64,000 bases of DNA, from the IMG/VR virus record IMGVR_UViG_3300031834_000001, positions 1-64,000 of that record. One strand, written 5' to 3'. Shown here one piece after another: positions 8,955 through 19,975 of this stretch. Every line of letters starts with the position of its first letter. Position 1 is the first letter of the stretch. The stretch is from a virus. The translations under genes and the position numbers were made by a program. Below the pieces are notes generated by a model, which was given only the letters and a program-made list of their open reading frames with translations, was not told where the DNA came from and made no database searches.

Positions 8955-9480
8955 CACCCTCTTCGACCGGGGCGACGACTTCAAGGCGACCTCCCATGTC
9001 CGCCTGGGCTGCGAGTGGGTCCTGGCTGGCGAGGGAGTGGCCACGGAGAAGTTGGACGGGATGAATGTGCTCATCATCGACGACCCGGAGGACGGTCTCT
9101 GGCCCTGCAAACGGCATGGCCCGAACAAGGAGGAAAAGGCCGCCGGAGTCGAGGCCACCAACATCCCCTGTGTCGAGGGCGACCCGTCCGACAAGTGGCA
9201 TTGGGACGCTTTCCACAGTACGCCCAACCTCCGGCCCGGCTATCACGAAGCGGTCGGCCCCAAAATCCAGGGGAACCCGCTGGGCCTACTCGCCCACGTC
9301 CTCGTGCGCATCGATGAGGTTCCCGTCTACGCCGACGTTCCCCGGACATACGAGGGGCTTCGCGACTACCTGGCCACCCTGGGCTCCCTCTACTCGCCGG
9401 GCCACCTGGCCGAGGGGATCGTCTTCCGTCACCCGGATGGCTGGATGGCCAAGATCAAGCGGAAGGACTTCGCGAGATGA
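8941..9480 (+). CDS. Minimal RNA ligase-like nucleotidyltransferase (DUF5565/RLIG1-like)
   Basis: Motif I TEKLDG, EAVGPKIQGNP, EGIVF, terminal AKIKRKDF. Confidence 0.8.
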   Translation: MNKIDTLFDRGDDFKATSHVRLGCEWVLAGEGVATEKLDGMNVLIIDDPEDGLWPCKRHGPNKEEKAAGVEATNIPCVEGDPSDKWHWDAFHSTPNLRPGYHEAVGPKIQGNPLGLLAHVLVRIDEVPVYADVPRTYEGLRDYLATLGSLYSPGHLAEGIVFRHPDGWMAKIKRKDFAR

Positions 9481-9941
9481 GCGAGACTCGCGCGGCCTAC
9501 GTGATGGACGGGTACTCGCCGCTCCTCTGCCCCTGGTGTCGCAAGACGCTGACGGTAGCCAACTCGGCCGCCAAGGGGAGCCAGGTTTACTGCAAGGGGT
9601 GCGAGTCCCGGTTGACCATCGCGAGGTGGCGGAGGAGTGGGGGCTACCGGCTTGTCGAGTTAAGCCGGGAGACGGATGGGAGCCAGGTGGCGTACATGGA
9701 GGGGGCGGGAGAGATTGGCAGACTCAACGACTAGCGGCGTGACCACGGAGGCCAAGTTGGACCGAGCGATTGGGTACCTGGTCGAGCGGGGCGAGACTGG
9801 ATGCCCACCGGGCATGTGGAACGGGGTCCGCTGGGGCAGTCACTGCGCGGAGTGCGAGACCTCCGGAGATAGGCGACGCTGCCATGACGCCTGGCTGGGC
9901 AGCGATGAGGCCAAGGAGTTCGGGAGCGAGGAGGCGCGGGG

Positions 9942-10433
9942 ATGAGCGAGACAACGATGAGGGAGAAGGCTGAGGCATTTGCCGAGGCGTTGGTCGGGCA
10001 CCGCTCAGACGCCAAGACTCACCTAGAGGCCGTGTTGGGTCTGCATGGGGTGCCCGATGTCGCGGATTTGGTTGATCGTCCGCCTTGCCCCATCGAAGCC
10101 CCGACCCTCAACGACTGCGTTCGGGGGCAACCCGGTGCCATGCTCGCCATGCGGCGTTGCACGGAGTACGCCATGTCCGGACCCCGGCCTGGCTGGGAAG
10201 CCCGGCGGGATGCCTTTCTCGACCTCCTCCAATCCTACGTGGACGTCCTGCGGCCGGAGGGTTACCCCACACGCCAAGCCCTCCTCGACCTCCTGGCCGA
10301 GTACGTCAGCCGGGATGGGGCGGCCAACCGAGTCGCTGACGGACCGCCGGACGCGGCCAGGATGGGCGAGTTGACCGAGAGGGCCAGAGCGGCGTTGGAG
10401 GGGCAGAGCAAAGAAAGGGAGGACCCAAAGTGA
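9942..10433 (+). CDS. Hypothetical protein
   Basis: RBS and overlap with neighbouring genes. Confidence 0.6.
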   Translation: MSETTMREKAEAFAEALVGHRSDAKTHLEAVLGLHGVPDVADLVDRPPCPIEAPTLNDCVRGQPGAMLAMRRCTEYAMSGPRPGWEARRDAFLDLLQSYVDVLRPEGYPTRQALLDLLAEYVSRDGAANRVADGPPDAARMGELTERARAALEGQSKEREDPK

Positions 10434-11035
10434 CGGTACCGGAGGGCAAGGACACGCAGGCGGTCGCCCTGGTGGATGAAGGGCGGACCATGGTGGAGCG
10501 GGCCGAGGCCATGCTTATCACTGACCAGGCAAGCCTCGCCGTGGCCGAGGAGACGTTGAGCGAAATCGCCCGGCTCAAGAAGAACCTTGAGGAACGGCGC
10601 GACTTCTTCGTCCGCCCGCTCAATGACCATGTGAAGAACATCAATGAGTGGATACGGGGTCTGGCGGCTCCGTTGGTCCAGGCCGACACCATCCTCCGAA
10701 ACAAGAAGCTCGCCTATGCCCGCGAGGTCGAACGCCAACGCCAGGAGGCCGAGCGAAGCCGGCGGGAGGCCGCCGCCAAGGTTGCGAGGGAAGCGGCGGA
10801 TGCGATAGCCGCCGGCCGGACTCCTGAGCCCGCGAAGCCGGTTTTCGTCCCGACCGCGCCCCCGCCCGTTAAGGGTATCCGGCGCGCCTGGGTCCATGAG
10901 GTCGAGGACCCGGACCTGGTTCCCCGCCAGTATTGCGGCCCCGACGACCAACTTCTCCGGGCCGCCGTGAACGCGGGAGTCCGGGAGATCGCGGGCGTCC
11001 GCATCTTCGAGCGGGAAGGCACGGTCCAACGGTAG
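10430..11035 (+). CDS. Coiled-coil recombination-module protein (Gp157-like)
   Basis: Coiled coil plus C-terminal EVEDPDLVPRQY...GVREIAGVRIFE. Confidence 0.7.
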   Translation: MTVPEGKDTQAVALVDEGRTMVERAEAMLITDQASLAVAEETLSEIARLKKNLEERRDFFVRPLNDHVKNINEWIRGLAAPLVQADTILRNKKLAYAREVERQRQEAERSRREAAAKVAREAADAIAAGRTPEPAKPVFVPTAPPPVKGIRRAWVHEVEDPDLVPRQYCGPDDQLLRAAVNAGVREIAGVRIFEREGTVQR

Positions 11036-11072
11036 CAAGTCAGGGATTCCGAAGCGGGAGGAATGACAGACA

Positions 11073-11924
11073 GTGAGTGACGAGCAGTTCAGCACAACCC
11101 AGATCATGCCTGCCGACGTGCCGGTCCTGGGCGGCGACAACCTCATCGCCATGGCCCAACAGGCCGAGATGCGGATTGAGGCCATCAAACGGATCAAGAA
11201 GGTCGCCCTAGCCGTGACCAATCAGCACGACTGGATAAACCAGCAAGGCAAGCCATATCTCCAGGTCTCCGGGGCCGAGAAGGTGGCCCGTCTCTTCGGC
11301 CTGTCGTGGCGGTTGAACGAGCCGACCGTCGATATGGAGCCCGACGGACACTACGCGTTTATCTACACCGGCGAATTCAGTCTCGGCACGGCCAGCATCG
11401 AAGCCGTCGGGTCAAGGTCTAGCAAGGACCCGTTCTTCCGCAAGCGCGACGACAAGTTGCTCGCGCCGGACGAGATCGACCGTTGCGACGTGCGCAAGTC
11501 GGCCTACACCAACTGCATCGGCAACGGTGTTACCCGGCTCCTGGGCATCCGGAATCTGACCTGGGAGGAAGTCGAGGAGTTCGGCCAGTTCAAGCGCGCC
11601 GAAGCCTCGCGGGTGGAGTACCAGAAGCGCGGCGAGATGTCCGAGGAGGCCAAGGGCCACCGCGATGAGATCCGGCGGATGATCCTGGAGATGTCCGGCG
11701 GAAAGGGCAACGCCGCCAGGGACCAACTCTTCAACCTGACCAGCTTCACGACCAAGGAAGGCAAGGACGTGCCGGGCAAGCGCCGGCTCGAGGACCTCTC
11801 CGAGAAGATGGTCGCGGTTACCTGCGGCAAGGTCAAGAAGGCGTACGAGGTATGGGTTGCGGCCGGCAGCAAGCCAACGGGAGGCGACGGCGATGTCGAT
11901 GGCATCGGCGACATCGAGTTCTAG
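11073..11924 (+). CDS. Putative single-strand annealing/recombination protein
   Basis: GKPYLQVSGAEKVARLFGL motif; lies between the coiled-coil gene and the exonuclease. Confidence 0.6.
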   Translation: MSDEQFSTTQIMPADVPVLGGDNLIAMAQQAEMRIEAIKRIKKVALAVTNQHDWINQQGKPYLQVSGAEKVARLFGLSWRLNEPTVDMEPDGHYAFIYTGEFSLGTASIEAVGSRSSKDPFFRKRDDKLLAPDEIDRCDVRKSAYTNCIGNGVTRLLGIRNLTWEEVEEFGQFKRAEASRVEYQKRGEMSEEAKGHRDEIRRMILEMSGGKGNAARDQLFNLTSFTTKEGKDVPGKRRLEDLSEKMVAVTCGKVKKAYEVWVAAGSKPTGGDGDVDGIGDIEF

Positions 11925-12915
11925 CGCAACCGGACTCCCGGACATCGTCGGGGCGGTCTATGAGGCCAAGCGGCGGAAGATTCGGAACTACCCGGCGAAG
12001 TCGAACCGGGCGTCAGAGTGCGGTCATCCGTGCGAAAGATTCCTGGTCCTGTCGCGCACCCGTTGGCAGGAGAAAGTCCTCCACGGTCCCGACCTGGAGT
12101 TCATCTTCGAGGAGGGCCGCATGATCGAGGATGCGGCCATGGCCGACCTGCGGGAAGCCGGGTTTGAAGTTATCGAGCAACAACGGCAGTTCGAGTGGGC
12201 GGCGCTGCAACTGACGGGGCACCTGGACGCCAAAATCCGGGTGCCCGACACCGGCCAGGTGTTCCCGGTCGAGGTCAAAGGTCTGGCTCACCACACGTGG
12301 GCCGCTACCGAGACCATTCAGGACATGCACAACTCAACGCGGCCGTGGATGCAAAAGTACCCCGCTCAACTGACGATGTACCTCCTCAACGCCGGCCATG
12401 AGCGGGGCCTGTTCTACCTAAAATCCAAGGCCAACTTCCGCCCCAAGGTCCTCTGGGTCGATCTCGACTACGCCTACGCCGAGACTATCTGCAAGAGGTT
12501 GGAGCGCGTCAACGCCCACGTCGCCGCCGGCACTCTCCCCGATCCCATCGACGAACCCGATGTCTGCGAGGACTGCGGATTCCTGGCGGTCTGTCTCCCG
12601 GAGGTCAGGGGGCGAGCCCTGGAGATCGCCGACAATCCGCGGCTCATCGAACTCCTGGCCCGGAGAGACGCACTTGCGGCCGCCCGGACTGAGTTCGAGA
12701 GCGTGGACAAGGAGATCAAAGACGCCGTCAGGGACCGGGAGAAAGTGCTCATCGGTGACTGGCTCATAACCGGCAAGGAAGTCAGGCGGCGCGGGTACAC
12801 AGTCGCCGACTCCGCCTACTGGCAGAGCAAAATCGTGAGGTTGGTCGCGGGGCGGTCTCGGCCGGCGTTGGAGTCTGGCTTCGGGATCGCAGAGGAGGTT
12901 GGGGAGGGTGAGTGA
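11893..12915 (+). CDS. Cas4-like PD-(D/E)XK exonuclease
   Basis: ASECGHPCER, GHLDAKI, EVKG, QLTMY, CEDCGFLAVC (four-Cys Fe-S pattern). Confidence 0.85.
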   Translation: MSMASATSSSSATGLPDIVGAVYEAKRRKIRNYPAKSNRASECGHPCERFLVLSRTRWQEKVLHGPDLEFIFEEGRMIEDAAMADLREAGFEVIEQQRQFEWAALQLTGHLDAKIRVPDTGQVFPVEVKGLAHHTWAATETIQDMHNSTRPWMQKYPAQLTMYLLNAGHERGLFYLKSKANFRPKVLWVDLDYAYAETICKRLERVNAHVAAGTLPDPIDEPDVCEDCGFLAVCLPEVRGRALEIADNPRLIELLARRDALAAARTEFESVDKEIKDAVRDREKVLIGDWLITGKEVRRRGYTVADSAYWQSKIVRLVAGRSRPALESGFGIAEEVGEGE

Positions 12916-14268
12916 GTTTCCCGCCGTCCGGGCTACCCAGTGCGCCACCTGTTGGGGTCGGCAATTCTGCGAGGCCAACGGGTTCGCGAATTGCTGGGGG
13001 TACCGCCGCGAACCCCGTTGCCCGGACCATCCCGATAAGCCCCTCGTCTCTCTTTCGGGCCACCGTGCCTACCACTGCCCCGAGTGCGGGGTTAGCGTCT
13101 GCTGGGCCTGCGGGCTCGCCTCAGATGCCCTGGAGGCCAAGGTGAACTGGTCCACCGGGCTCTGCCACACTTGCTCCCGGCATCGCGACGAGGCCCGGCA
13201 ACTCCACGCAAAGCGAGTCGCCCAGGCCGTAAGCGACTTCGCATGGGCCGCCGACAACATCCTGTCCGCCAAGACCGAGTGGGAGCTAGCGGTCCGCCTG
13301 GCCGACCTGGCCGAGAAGCGGCGCGAGTTGAGGGAGGCCGACGAGGGTGAGTAGCCTCCAAGTCTGCTACGTCCCAACCTGCAAGAACATCGCCACGCGG
13401 CGGTGCGCGGGTTGCATGAAGCCCATCTGCGATGAGCACTCCTGGTGGAACCACCATGCCCAGGCGGACCCAGGCGACATCGACCGCCGGTGCCCTGAGT
13501 GCTACTCGGCCTTCATGAGCCGCCGGTTCAGGGAGGCCACAGAGGAGCTCCAAGCCGCCCGTGCCGACCTCGCCAAGGCCAGGGTGGAAGTGGCGGCCAT
13601 GGCCAAGGAGGTTGGCCTGTGCATCCCGACGAGTTCGAGCGACGCCTTGACAACCCCATGACCCTTGGCCGCCTGGACGCTCCCTGCCGGGGCCCGTTGG
13701 ACCAGGACGCCCAGGAGTGCCGGGAGTGCCTGGTGCGGAGGGGCTGCGCCGAGGACTCCGGGCTGAACCTGGATGCCTACTGGCCGGAGTGCGCCGGGGA
13801 CTGCGATGGGTGCGGGTCGGAGAGGTGCGCCGACAGGGTGGAAGAGGAGGATGGCTAGCATGGACTGCCCATGTTACGACTGCGAGGACTGCCGGGCCGT
13901 TGAGTGTCCGGTCTGGCGGACCAGATTGGGTCAGGAGGTCGGGACGGATGGGTAAGGACGGGTGTCCGTGGCGGTCAGATAGGAAGACCTGTCGCCTCGA
14001 TCCCTTCGAGCATTCGTGGCGTTCGGGTCCGAAGATCCACTTCGACAAAGGCTTCAAGTCGTGCAAGGTCGCCGACGGCCAGGAGTGTCCGACCAGGGAG
14101 CGGCGGCGCGGCCGGGATTGCATGTTCAGCGGGGACCGACGGTGCGACGAGGGGTGCGTGGGGTGGCTGCCGGCCGAGCCTCGGTGCAAGTCGCTCCTGC
14201 CGGGCGAGGCGGTCCATGAGGACCTAGCCGGGCGCGGAGTCGTGCTGGTTGACTCGCTCAAACGCTAG
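12899..14268 (+). other. Run of small Cys-rich/Zn-finger hypothetical genes
   Basis: Overlapping short ORFs with many CxxC motifs (e.g. 12899-13354, 13347-13661). Confidence 0.6.
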
Positions 14269-14286
14269 GAAGAGGAGGTTCACACA

Positions 14287-14670
14287 ATGGACATTCCGAC
14301 CACGGTATCCCAGACGGTCGGGCAGCTACTGGATGAACTGGCTACCAGGTTCGGTGCGACAGCCGAGCACCTCTACGGCGTCCTGGTTCGCCAGGCGGTC
14401 ATTCACGGTTGGGTCACCATCGTTAGCGCGGTGGCTTTTCTCGCCCTGGCTGTCCTGGGCGTCCTGGCCTTCCGTTGGGGCATCCGCACGGGTCAGGCGA
14501 GCGACTGGGATGGTTCCGACATGTTGCCCTATTTCGCCGTCATCATCGGCGCGGTCGCCGCGATCATCGGGGGAATCCTGGCGGTTGCCGGTTTCATCGA
14601 TGGCGCGGCTCGCCTGGCTAACCCGGAATTCTGGGTGTTCGACTATCTCTCCAAGTTGTTGGGCGGCTAG
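14287..14670 (+). CDS. Membrane protein (2 TM)
   Basis: RBS GAGGAGG; two hydrophobic helices; RLANPEFW. Confidence 0.8.
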   Translation: MDIPTTVSQTVGQLLDELATRFGATAEHLYGVLVRQAVIHGWVTIVSAVAFLALAVLGVLAFRWGIRTGQASDWDGSDMLPYFAVIIGAVAAIIGGILAVAGFIDGAARLANPEFWVFDYLSKLLGG

Positions 14671-14712
14671 GCTTCACCGGGCCAACGCGCCCGAGACGGG
14701 AGGAAGCTAGAC

Positions 14713-14993
14713 ACGGAACGGCATCGACTGGCCGACCGACGGTAACGCTCAAGGTCAACGGTAAGGACCCCTTCGCCCTCAACGGGAAGGCGTACCGGAT
14801 TGAGGATTGGTGGGTGAACGTGGGCGGCAAGTCATGGATGGACTGCAAGGGCAACTTCGCCTGTCTGCAATACTCCATGCGATCAGTGGATGCCGGGCTA
14901 CCCCTCGATAACGAGGTCATCTACGGCAAGGTCGGGGGACTCGGCTACCTGGTCCACGAGAGCGAACTGGGCGAAGAGGACGCCACCGCCTAA
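14713..14993 (+). pseudogene. Disrupted phage hypothetical gene
   Basis: RBS GGAGG then ACG in place of ATG; frameshift near 14738; downstream frame reads YRIEDWW...SWMD...EVIYGKVGGLGYLVHESEL. Confidence 0.6.
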
Positions 14994-15132
14994 CCGGCTT
15001 CACCGTCGGGCCAACGCGCCCGGCGTAAACCACAACTTAATAGCCGGGCGGGCAGGGTGCGGGACGGCCTGCCCGGCGAGGTTAGAGGGGCTAAAATGGC
15101 CCCCTAGTTGACAAGAGAGGCAGGTTAGTTCA

Positions 15133-15333
15133 ATGAGGACGTTTGTTGTTTGTGCCGCAGCGGTGGCCCTTGTGGGCGGGATCGCTATCGGCATGGGTTG
15201 GCTGACCATGACGGTCTGGAACGCCATCCTCGTTCCCTGGCTCAACGCGCCCGCCCTGAATCTCTGGCTGGCCACGGCGGTCTACGTGGTCCTGATGGGC
15301 ATCTTCCAGGCCGTGCGCGGAAGCCGGAACTAG
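15133..15333 (+). CDS. Small membrane protein
   Basis: Two hydrophobic segments. Confidence 0.65.
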   Translation: MRTFVVCAAAVALVGGIAIGMGWLTMTVWNAILVPWLNAPALNLWLATAVYVVLMGIFQAVRGSRN

Positions 15334-15357
15334 GCTAGACGAACTGGAGAGGGGAGA

Positions 15358-15639
15358 GTGGCCAAAGTGAACTTCACCGATACGGGTATGGTTCGCCCAG
15401 TGGACGGACTTGGCCGCGTCGTCATTCCGTGTGGACTCCGGGAGGCGATGGGCATTGAGCCCGAGACACTCTTGAGCGTCTTCGCCGACGGGGCAGCCGA
15501 GGAAATCCTGCTCAAGGTGTACCACATAAAGTGCCTGTTCTGCGGGGCAGGCGAGGACCTGACGGACTTCTCGGGTCGCAAGGTATGCCGGAGCTGCGTC
15601 GCGGCCCTGGGCGACATGGCTTCCGAGGTGGGGCCATGA
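15358..15639 (+). CDS. abrB: AbrB-family transition-state regulator
   Basis: TGMVRPVDGLGRVVIP...CLFCG...KVCRSC, the Clostridia-type AbrB pattern. Confidence 0.9.
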   Translation: MAKVNFTDTGMVRPVDGLGRVVIPCGLREAMGIEPETLLSVFADGAAEEILLKVYHIKCLFCGAGEDLTDFSGRKVCRSCVAALGDMASEVGP

Positions 15640-16062
15640 CCACCGAGTCTACCGCTGCCGCAAAGTTGGACAGGCCCTCCCGGAAGGACAGGCGGGGGAG
15701 GCGGCCGGACCCATTGACCACGGACGACAAGCGGGGTCGGGCAAACCGGCTCGCTAGGCGGCGGACCAAGCGGGACGCGGCGGCTAGGGCGAGGAGGGGG
15801 AACCGGGGATGAGTGGACGACCACGGCTCCTCAACACGGATAAGGGTGAAGTGGTCCTCATGCTTTGGGAGTGGCCGCGCATCTGGCACGGTTGGGGTCA
15901 GCCAAAGGTCCAGGTCTTCCTGGCGGCCTTCGATTTCTGGGTCGGCGGCTACTGGAGCAAGAAGAGCCGGACCCTCTATATCTGCCCGCTACCGATGTTG
16001 GTCGTGGCTTTCAAGTTCGAGGCCCGGGCCGGAGGGCGGACATGAGCGAGGGAGGCGGACTT

Positions 16063-16347
16063 ATGACGGACATTGACACCCTGCAAGGCCGGGCCCTCGC
16101 GGACGCCGTGGCCATCGAAGTCATGGGGTGGTGGCTGTCGGATGGCGGACACTACTGGCTCCCCGATGAGCTGCCCCGCTATGACTGGCAGCCCCTTTCC
16201 TCTTGGTCCGACTTCGGGCGCGTGGTGGAGAGGATGGATGCGTTGGGCCTTCGCTTGGCGCTCCACGGGGACCCGGGGTCGGCGTTCCTTGAGACGGGTT
16301 GCCGGGCCGCCCTCAAGGCCGTCCGAGCGAGGGAGGGTTCAGCATGA
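16063..16347 (+). CDS. Phage ABA-sandwich-like domain protein (paralog 1)
   Basis: GRALADAVAIEVMGW...PLSSWSDFGRVVERM...CRAALKAV. Confidence 0.7.
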   Translation: MTDIDTLQGRALADAVAIEVMGWWLSDGGHYWLPDELPRYDWQPLSSWSDFGRVVERMDALGLRLALHGDPGSAFLETGCRAALKAVRAREGSA

Positions 16348-16739
16348 CGGACGTTGACAACCTGCCCATCGAGGAGTTGCGGGCGGCCCTGGCTGCCGAG
16401 GTGATGGGGTGGGAGCGGCGGCAGGCCCCGATCGAACTTGGTGGCCGCGCCGAGTGGTACGACAAGACCGACGACGGCTTTGTGGCCGTCGATGCATGGC
16501 GGCCCGATGAGAAATGGGGCCAGCACATTGGCCTGTTCGTCCGCGTCCACGAGTTGGGCTTCGAGACTCGGGGCGAGTGGAGCAGGGACGGCGCGGAGTG
16601 GTCATTACGGAGATGGGGCCACCTTGACGGCCAGGAGATCAAGGAACCCCTTGTCCGCCAACTGGGCCAGGACTACCGGCTGACCTTCTGCCTCGCGGCG
16701 TTGAAGGCGGCTAGGGCGAGGATGGTGGGCCATGAGTGA
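16344..16739 (+). CDS. Phage ABA-sandwich-like domain protein (paralog 2)
   Basis: LAAEVMGW...WRPDEKW...CLAALKAA. Confidence 0.7.
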   Translation: MTDVDNLPIEELRAALAAEVMGWERRQAPIELGGRAEWYDKTDDGFVAVDAWRPDEKWGQHIGLFVRVHELGFETRGEWSRDGAEWSLRRWGHLDGQEIKEPLVRQLGQDYRLTFCLAALKAARARMVGHE

Positions 16740-17239
16740 GACGGGAACCTGCCTGCTGCTGGAGGGCGAGAAGGTGCGGGAGTTGCTGGTGGCGATGTGC
16801 GCCAGGCATCGCGCCCAAGGTAAGGCGCTGGGTGCCGAGATCATCACAAAGGGGCACGCCCAGTTTAAGTCGGGCGATCCCGTGACGTTGGCGACGGCCG
16901 AAGCGGCTGTCTGCGCGACCATCAGGCACATCTACCGCGCCCTGTTCGGCGAGTCGATGCCGGAGGCGGTGGATCATGAGTGAGCGGATACCGTTCGAGG
17001 AAGAGGCAGTCAAGGCGTACCTGCGGGGCGTGTTTGACGAGTTCCGAGGTTCTGCCGTCGGGGCCGCGGTTGATGACCCCGATGCAATCGCACAGAAACT
17101 TGCCGACATTGGCCATCCAGTCGCCAGGGTGCTCCTCTTCTCCGCTGGCGCGACGGCCTTCAGTTATATCTACGCCGCCCTCTTCGGCGAGCCCCTCCTG
17201 CCCTCCGACTCCGCCCAGGAAGGGGATGCCGTCCAGTGA
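16732..17239 (+). other. Two tandem paralogous small genes (16732-16983, 16976-17239)
   Basis: Shared C-terminal IYRALFGE/IYAALFGE. Confidence 0.65.
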
Positions 17240-17947
17240 CCCCATCCACCGAGGTTTACGCCGCCCCACCCCGCCTACCCTGGCGGTTCATGGTCCGGTG
17301 GGCCGCCGTGGCCATCCTGACCGCCATGGCCGCCGTGATCTGCGCGTGGGCGAAGGGAGAGTGGGGAATGTGACGAGACCCTGGACCCGCCTGGCCACCT
17401 TCATCCACCTGGTTCCCTGGCTGATCGGGATAGTCGCGCCTCTCTGTTTTGCCTGGAAGCTCCTGACCTTCGCGGAAACCAACTACCCCGGCGACGGCTA
17501 CGGTCTCTGCGGACTAGGTTTCATCACCGGGGCTGTTGCTATGGGCATGGGCCTTGTCGGGCTCTCGGGAATCCTGGCAGTCCTGCGCCAGGCGAGGATG
17601 GCCAAAGAGACCGGGAAGGGAGTGGGCGACGATGAGGTTCAGGGTTAGCGAGTTGTTGCTCTTCGACTTGGCGGTCATCGGCTTCAACTGTTGGCTGGCC
17701 ATCCGGGAGGGCGCGTCCGATCATTTCTGGCTCTGCGTCGCTGGCGTGGCAATTGGTGTCGGCCTGGCTGGCGTGGTCGTCGAGGTCACAAAAGGCTTTA
17801 GAAGGGATGACCGCCCATGACCCCCACTGAACTCGCCGTCCGAATCGCCGCCAGGGAAGCCTTGCTGGCCGTGTGCGTCCGGACCGTCACGGAGGTCCTG
17901 GTCGAGTTAGACGAGTTGCGGAAACTGGCGGAGGGGGCTGAGACGAC

Positions 17948-18448
17948 ATGACCGCCGAGGACATCGGGGCATTGACGCTAGCTATCCTTTTGGCCGTGGC
18001 GGACCTCGCGGGGCCCGGTCGCCGCCGGGCCGCCCTGGCGAAACCGACATGGAGGGATCTCCTGAACGCCTGTGATGCCCAGGCTCAAGCGAGGGCAACA
18101 TGGGCCGCCGGGCGGTTCCTCCTGACCTTCCTGGGCGTCATGTTCCTCTATCTCGGCGTGGGTCGATGCGAGTCCGGGGACTTCCTGGTGGCCGGGATTG
18201 TCGCCGTCCACCCGGTCGCCATGGCGCTCAGAGCCTACCAGGCCCCCTCGCCCTACCTTGCCCCTCCCGCTCCCGCCGGGCTCCATTGGAGCGACATCGC
18301 CGCCAGGTGGATAGTGGGGGGCGTCTCTTGCGCGGTGGCCTACATCCTCTGTTCCACCCTGGGATTCTGGTGCGCGCTTGGCGTGGGCTTCGTCATCGCC
18401 GCCATTCTGGCTATTCTGGCCGCCCGTCGGAAGGGGGCATCCCGATGA
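17948..18448 (+). CDS. Multi-pass membrane protein
   Basis: Several hydrophobic helices. Confidence 0.65.
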   Translation: MTAEDIGALTLAILLAVADLAGPGRRRAALAKPTWRDLLNACDAQAQARATWAAGRFLLTFLGVMFLYLGVGRCESGDFLVAGIVAVHPVAMALRAYQAPSPYLAPPAPAGLHWSDIAARWIVGGVSCAVAYILCSTLGFWCALGVGFVIAAILAILAARRKGASR

Positions 18449-18662
18449 GCCAATGGTACGCCTGGTGCCCTACGACGGAAGGCGGGTGCGGGTACCTCGC
18501 CGGAGCCCAGGATACTCCCGAGGACCTGGTCGCCAAGGTGGTCGCCGACGGGGGCAAGTTGACCTCCGGTGACTGCTGGGACAACACGGAGGAGCCCGCC
18601 GCGCCGGGGCTCATTGTCCTAACCTGCCCGACCTGTCGGAAGACGTTGAGGAGGCGTGAGGG

Positions 18663-19061
18663 ATGAAGGCGTCCAGGTTGGCGACGCGGGCCATGCTCCT
18701 CCACTACCCCCATGTCCACTGCCGGGGAATCGGGTACGCCAAGCCGGGCCGCGATATCGCCCGGGCCCTGACTCGGCAAGCCATCGACGCCGGGCTCCCC
18801 TGGCGGTTCACGGAACGCCGGGTCAGAAAGCTGGTCGATGAAGTCCGGGATGAGCGGAACCCGGAACACCTGATCGGGTCGAGCACGGAGGCCCCACTGG
18901 GCTACTTCATCATCGAGACCACCGAGGAGTGGGAGCGAGTGTCGGCCCAACTGTGGCACCGGGTCACCGAGCAGAGGGAGACGGCCCAGGCGATGGAGGT
19001 TGCCGCCGGGCTCAAGTTCGGCGAGAGACAACTGAAAATCCGGTTTAGGGAGGTCAGCTAA
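18663..19061 (+). CDS. Winged-HTH phage protein
   Basis: ERRVRKLVDEVR...LIGSS...GYFIIET. Confidence 0.7.
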   Translation: MKASRLATRAMLLHYPHVHCRGIGYAKPGRDIARALTRQAIDAGLPWRFTERRVRKLVDEVRDERNPEHLIGSSTEAPLGYFIIETTEEWERVSAQLWHRVTEQRETAQAMEVAAGLKFGERQLKIRFREVS

Positions 19062-19255
19062 ATGGCCGTAGTTGACGCTTCCCACTACCGCGCCATGTCC
19101 AGACGGGCGGCCCAGACTGCCCGGCGAGTTAGGCTGGCCCTGTGGTTCGAGACGGCCAAGGAGTCATGGGTTTGCCGGATCGACCGGGCCTGTTCGTGGC
19201 TCATCGGCGGAGCCTGGCTCTACCTGGTGATCCAATACGTGAGGGAGTGTGCGAG

Positions 19256-19975
19256 ATGGTAGTAAGACACAAGTTGAAGCGCGAGGTAGTTCTGTACATC
19301 TACGCACTCGCCAACGAGGGTGGCCGCTTCAAGTCCACCGAGGCGAAGTTCTTTCCCGACCTCGCCGCCATGGACCGTTGGCTCGACACGGAGTTCCAGC
19401 CTCCCAAATACCCGGCAGGCTCTATGGCCCACCATGGGGACGAGAGGTACGAAATCCTCCCCGACACCGAGTCTGTCCCGGAACCCTGGCAGCGGCGGGC
19501 GGCCCTCGTTCGCAAGGTTGGCCTGGGGTGCCTGGCGGGCGGGGGATTCTGGCTCCTCCTCGGTCTCGCATTGGCTTCCCGTGGCGGCCTGGCCATCCTG
19601 GGCAAGGCGGGACTCTCCATGGCCTACCTGGGCGGCATCCTCTACGGGGCGACTTGGCTAGCCGGGCATCCGCTATCCACGGTGGCCATTGAGAAGAGGG
19701 TGGCTAAGTGGGCCGACGGGGTGGCGAGGACGGCCTGGCTCAGGTGGCGGTGGCGGCGGGAAGACGCGACCCTCTGGGGGATTGAGTGGCGCGGCCTGCG
19801 GGTCGATGCCGTCTACGTGGGCACCCGCAACGCAGACGGTAGCGTGAGGCGGAATTGGCACCTGCTACCCTGGGCCGGGCATGGCAATCTGTTGCCCAGG
19901 TTCCCCCGGCTCCCCCAGGCCATGCGGGCCGCCGAGGAGTGGCTTTGGAGCCAGGCGAGGGAGGTAGGGCGATGA
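19256..19975 (+). CDS. Membrane-associated hypothetical protein
   Basis: Two TM segments; C-terminal LPQAMRAAEEWL. Confidence 0.65.
   Translation: MVVRHKLKREVVLYIYALANEGGRFKSTEAKFFPDLAAMDRWLDTEFQPPKYPAGSMAHHGDERYEILPDTESVPEPWQRRAALVRKVGLGCLAGGGFWLLLGLALASRGGLAILGKAGLSMAYLGGILYGATWLAGHPLSTVAIEKRVAKWADGVARTAWLRWRWRREDATLWGIEWRGLRVDAVYVGTRNADGSVRRNWHLLPWAGHGNLLPRFPRLPQAMRAAEEWLWSQAREVGR

Noticed and set aside
11893-12915. Cas4 as an adaptation module for the type IV system
   Set aside because: About 26 kb away, inside a typical phage recombination module, and no cas1 or cas2 is present
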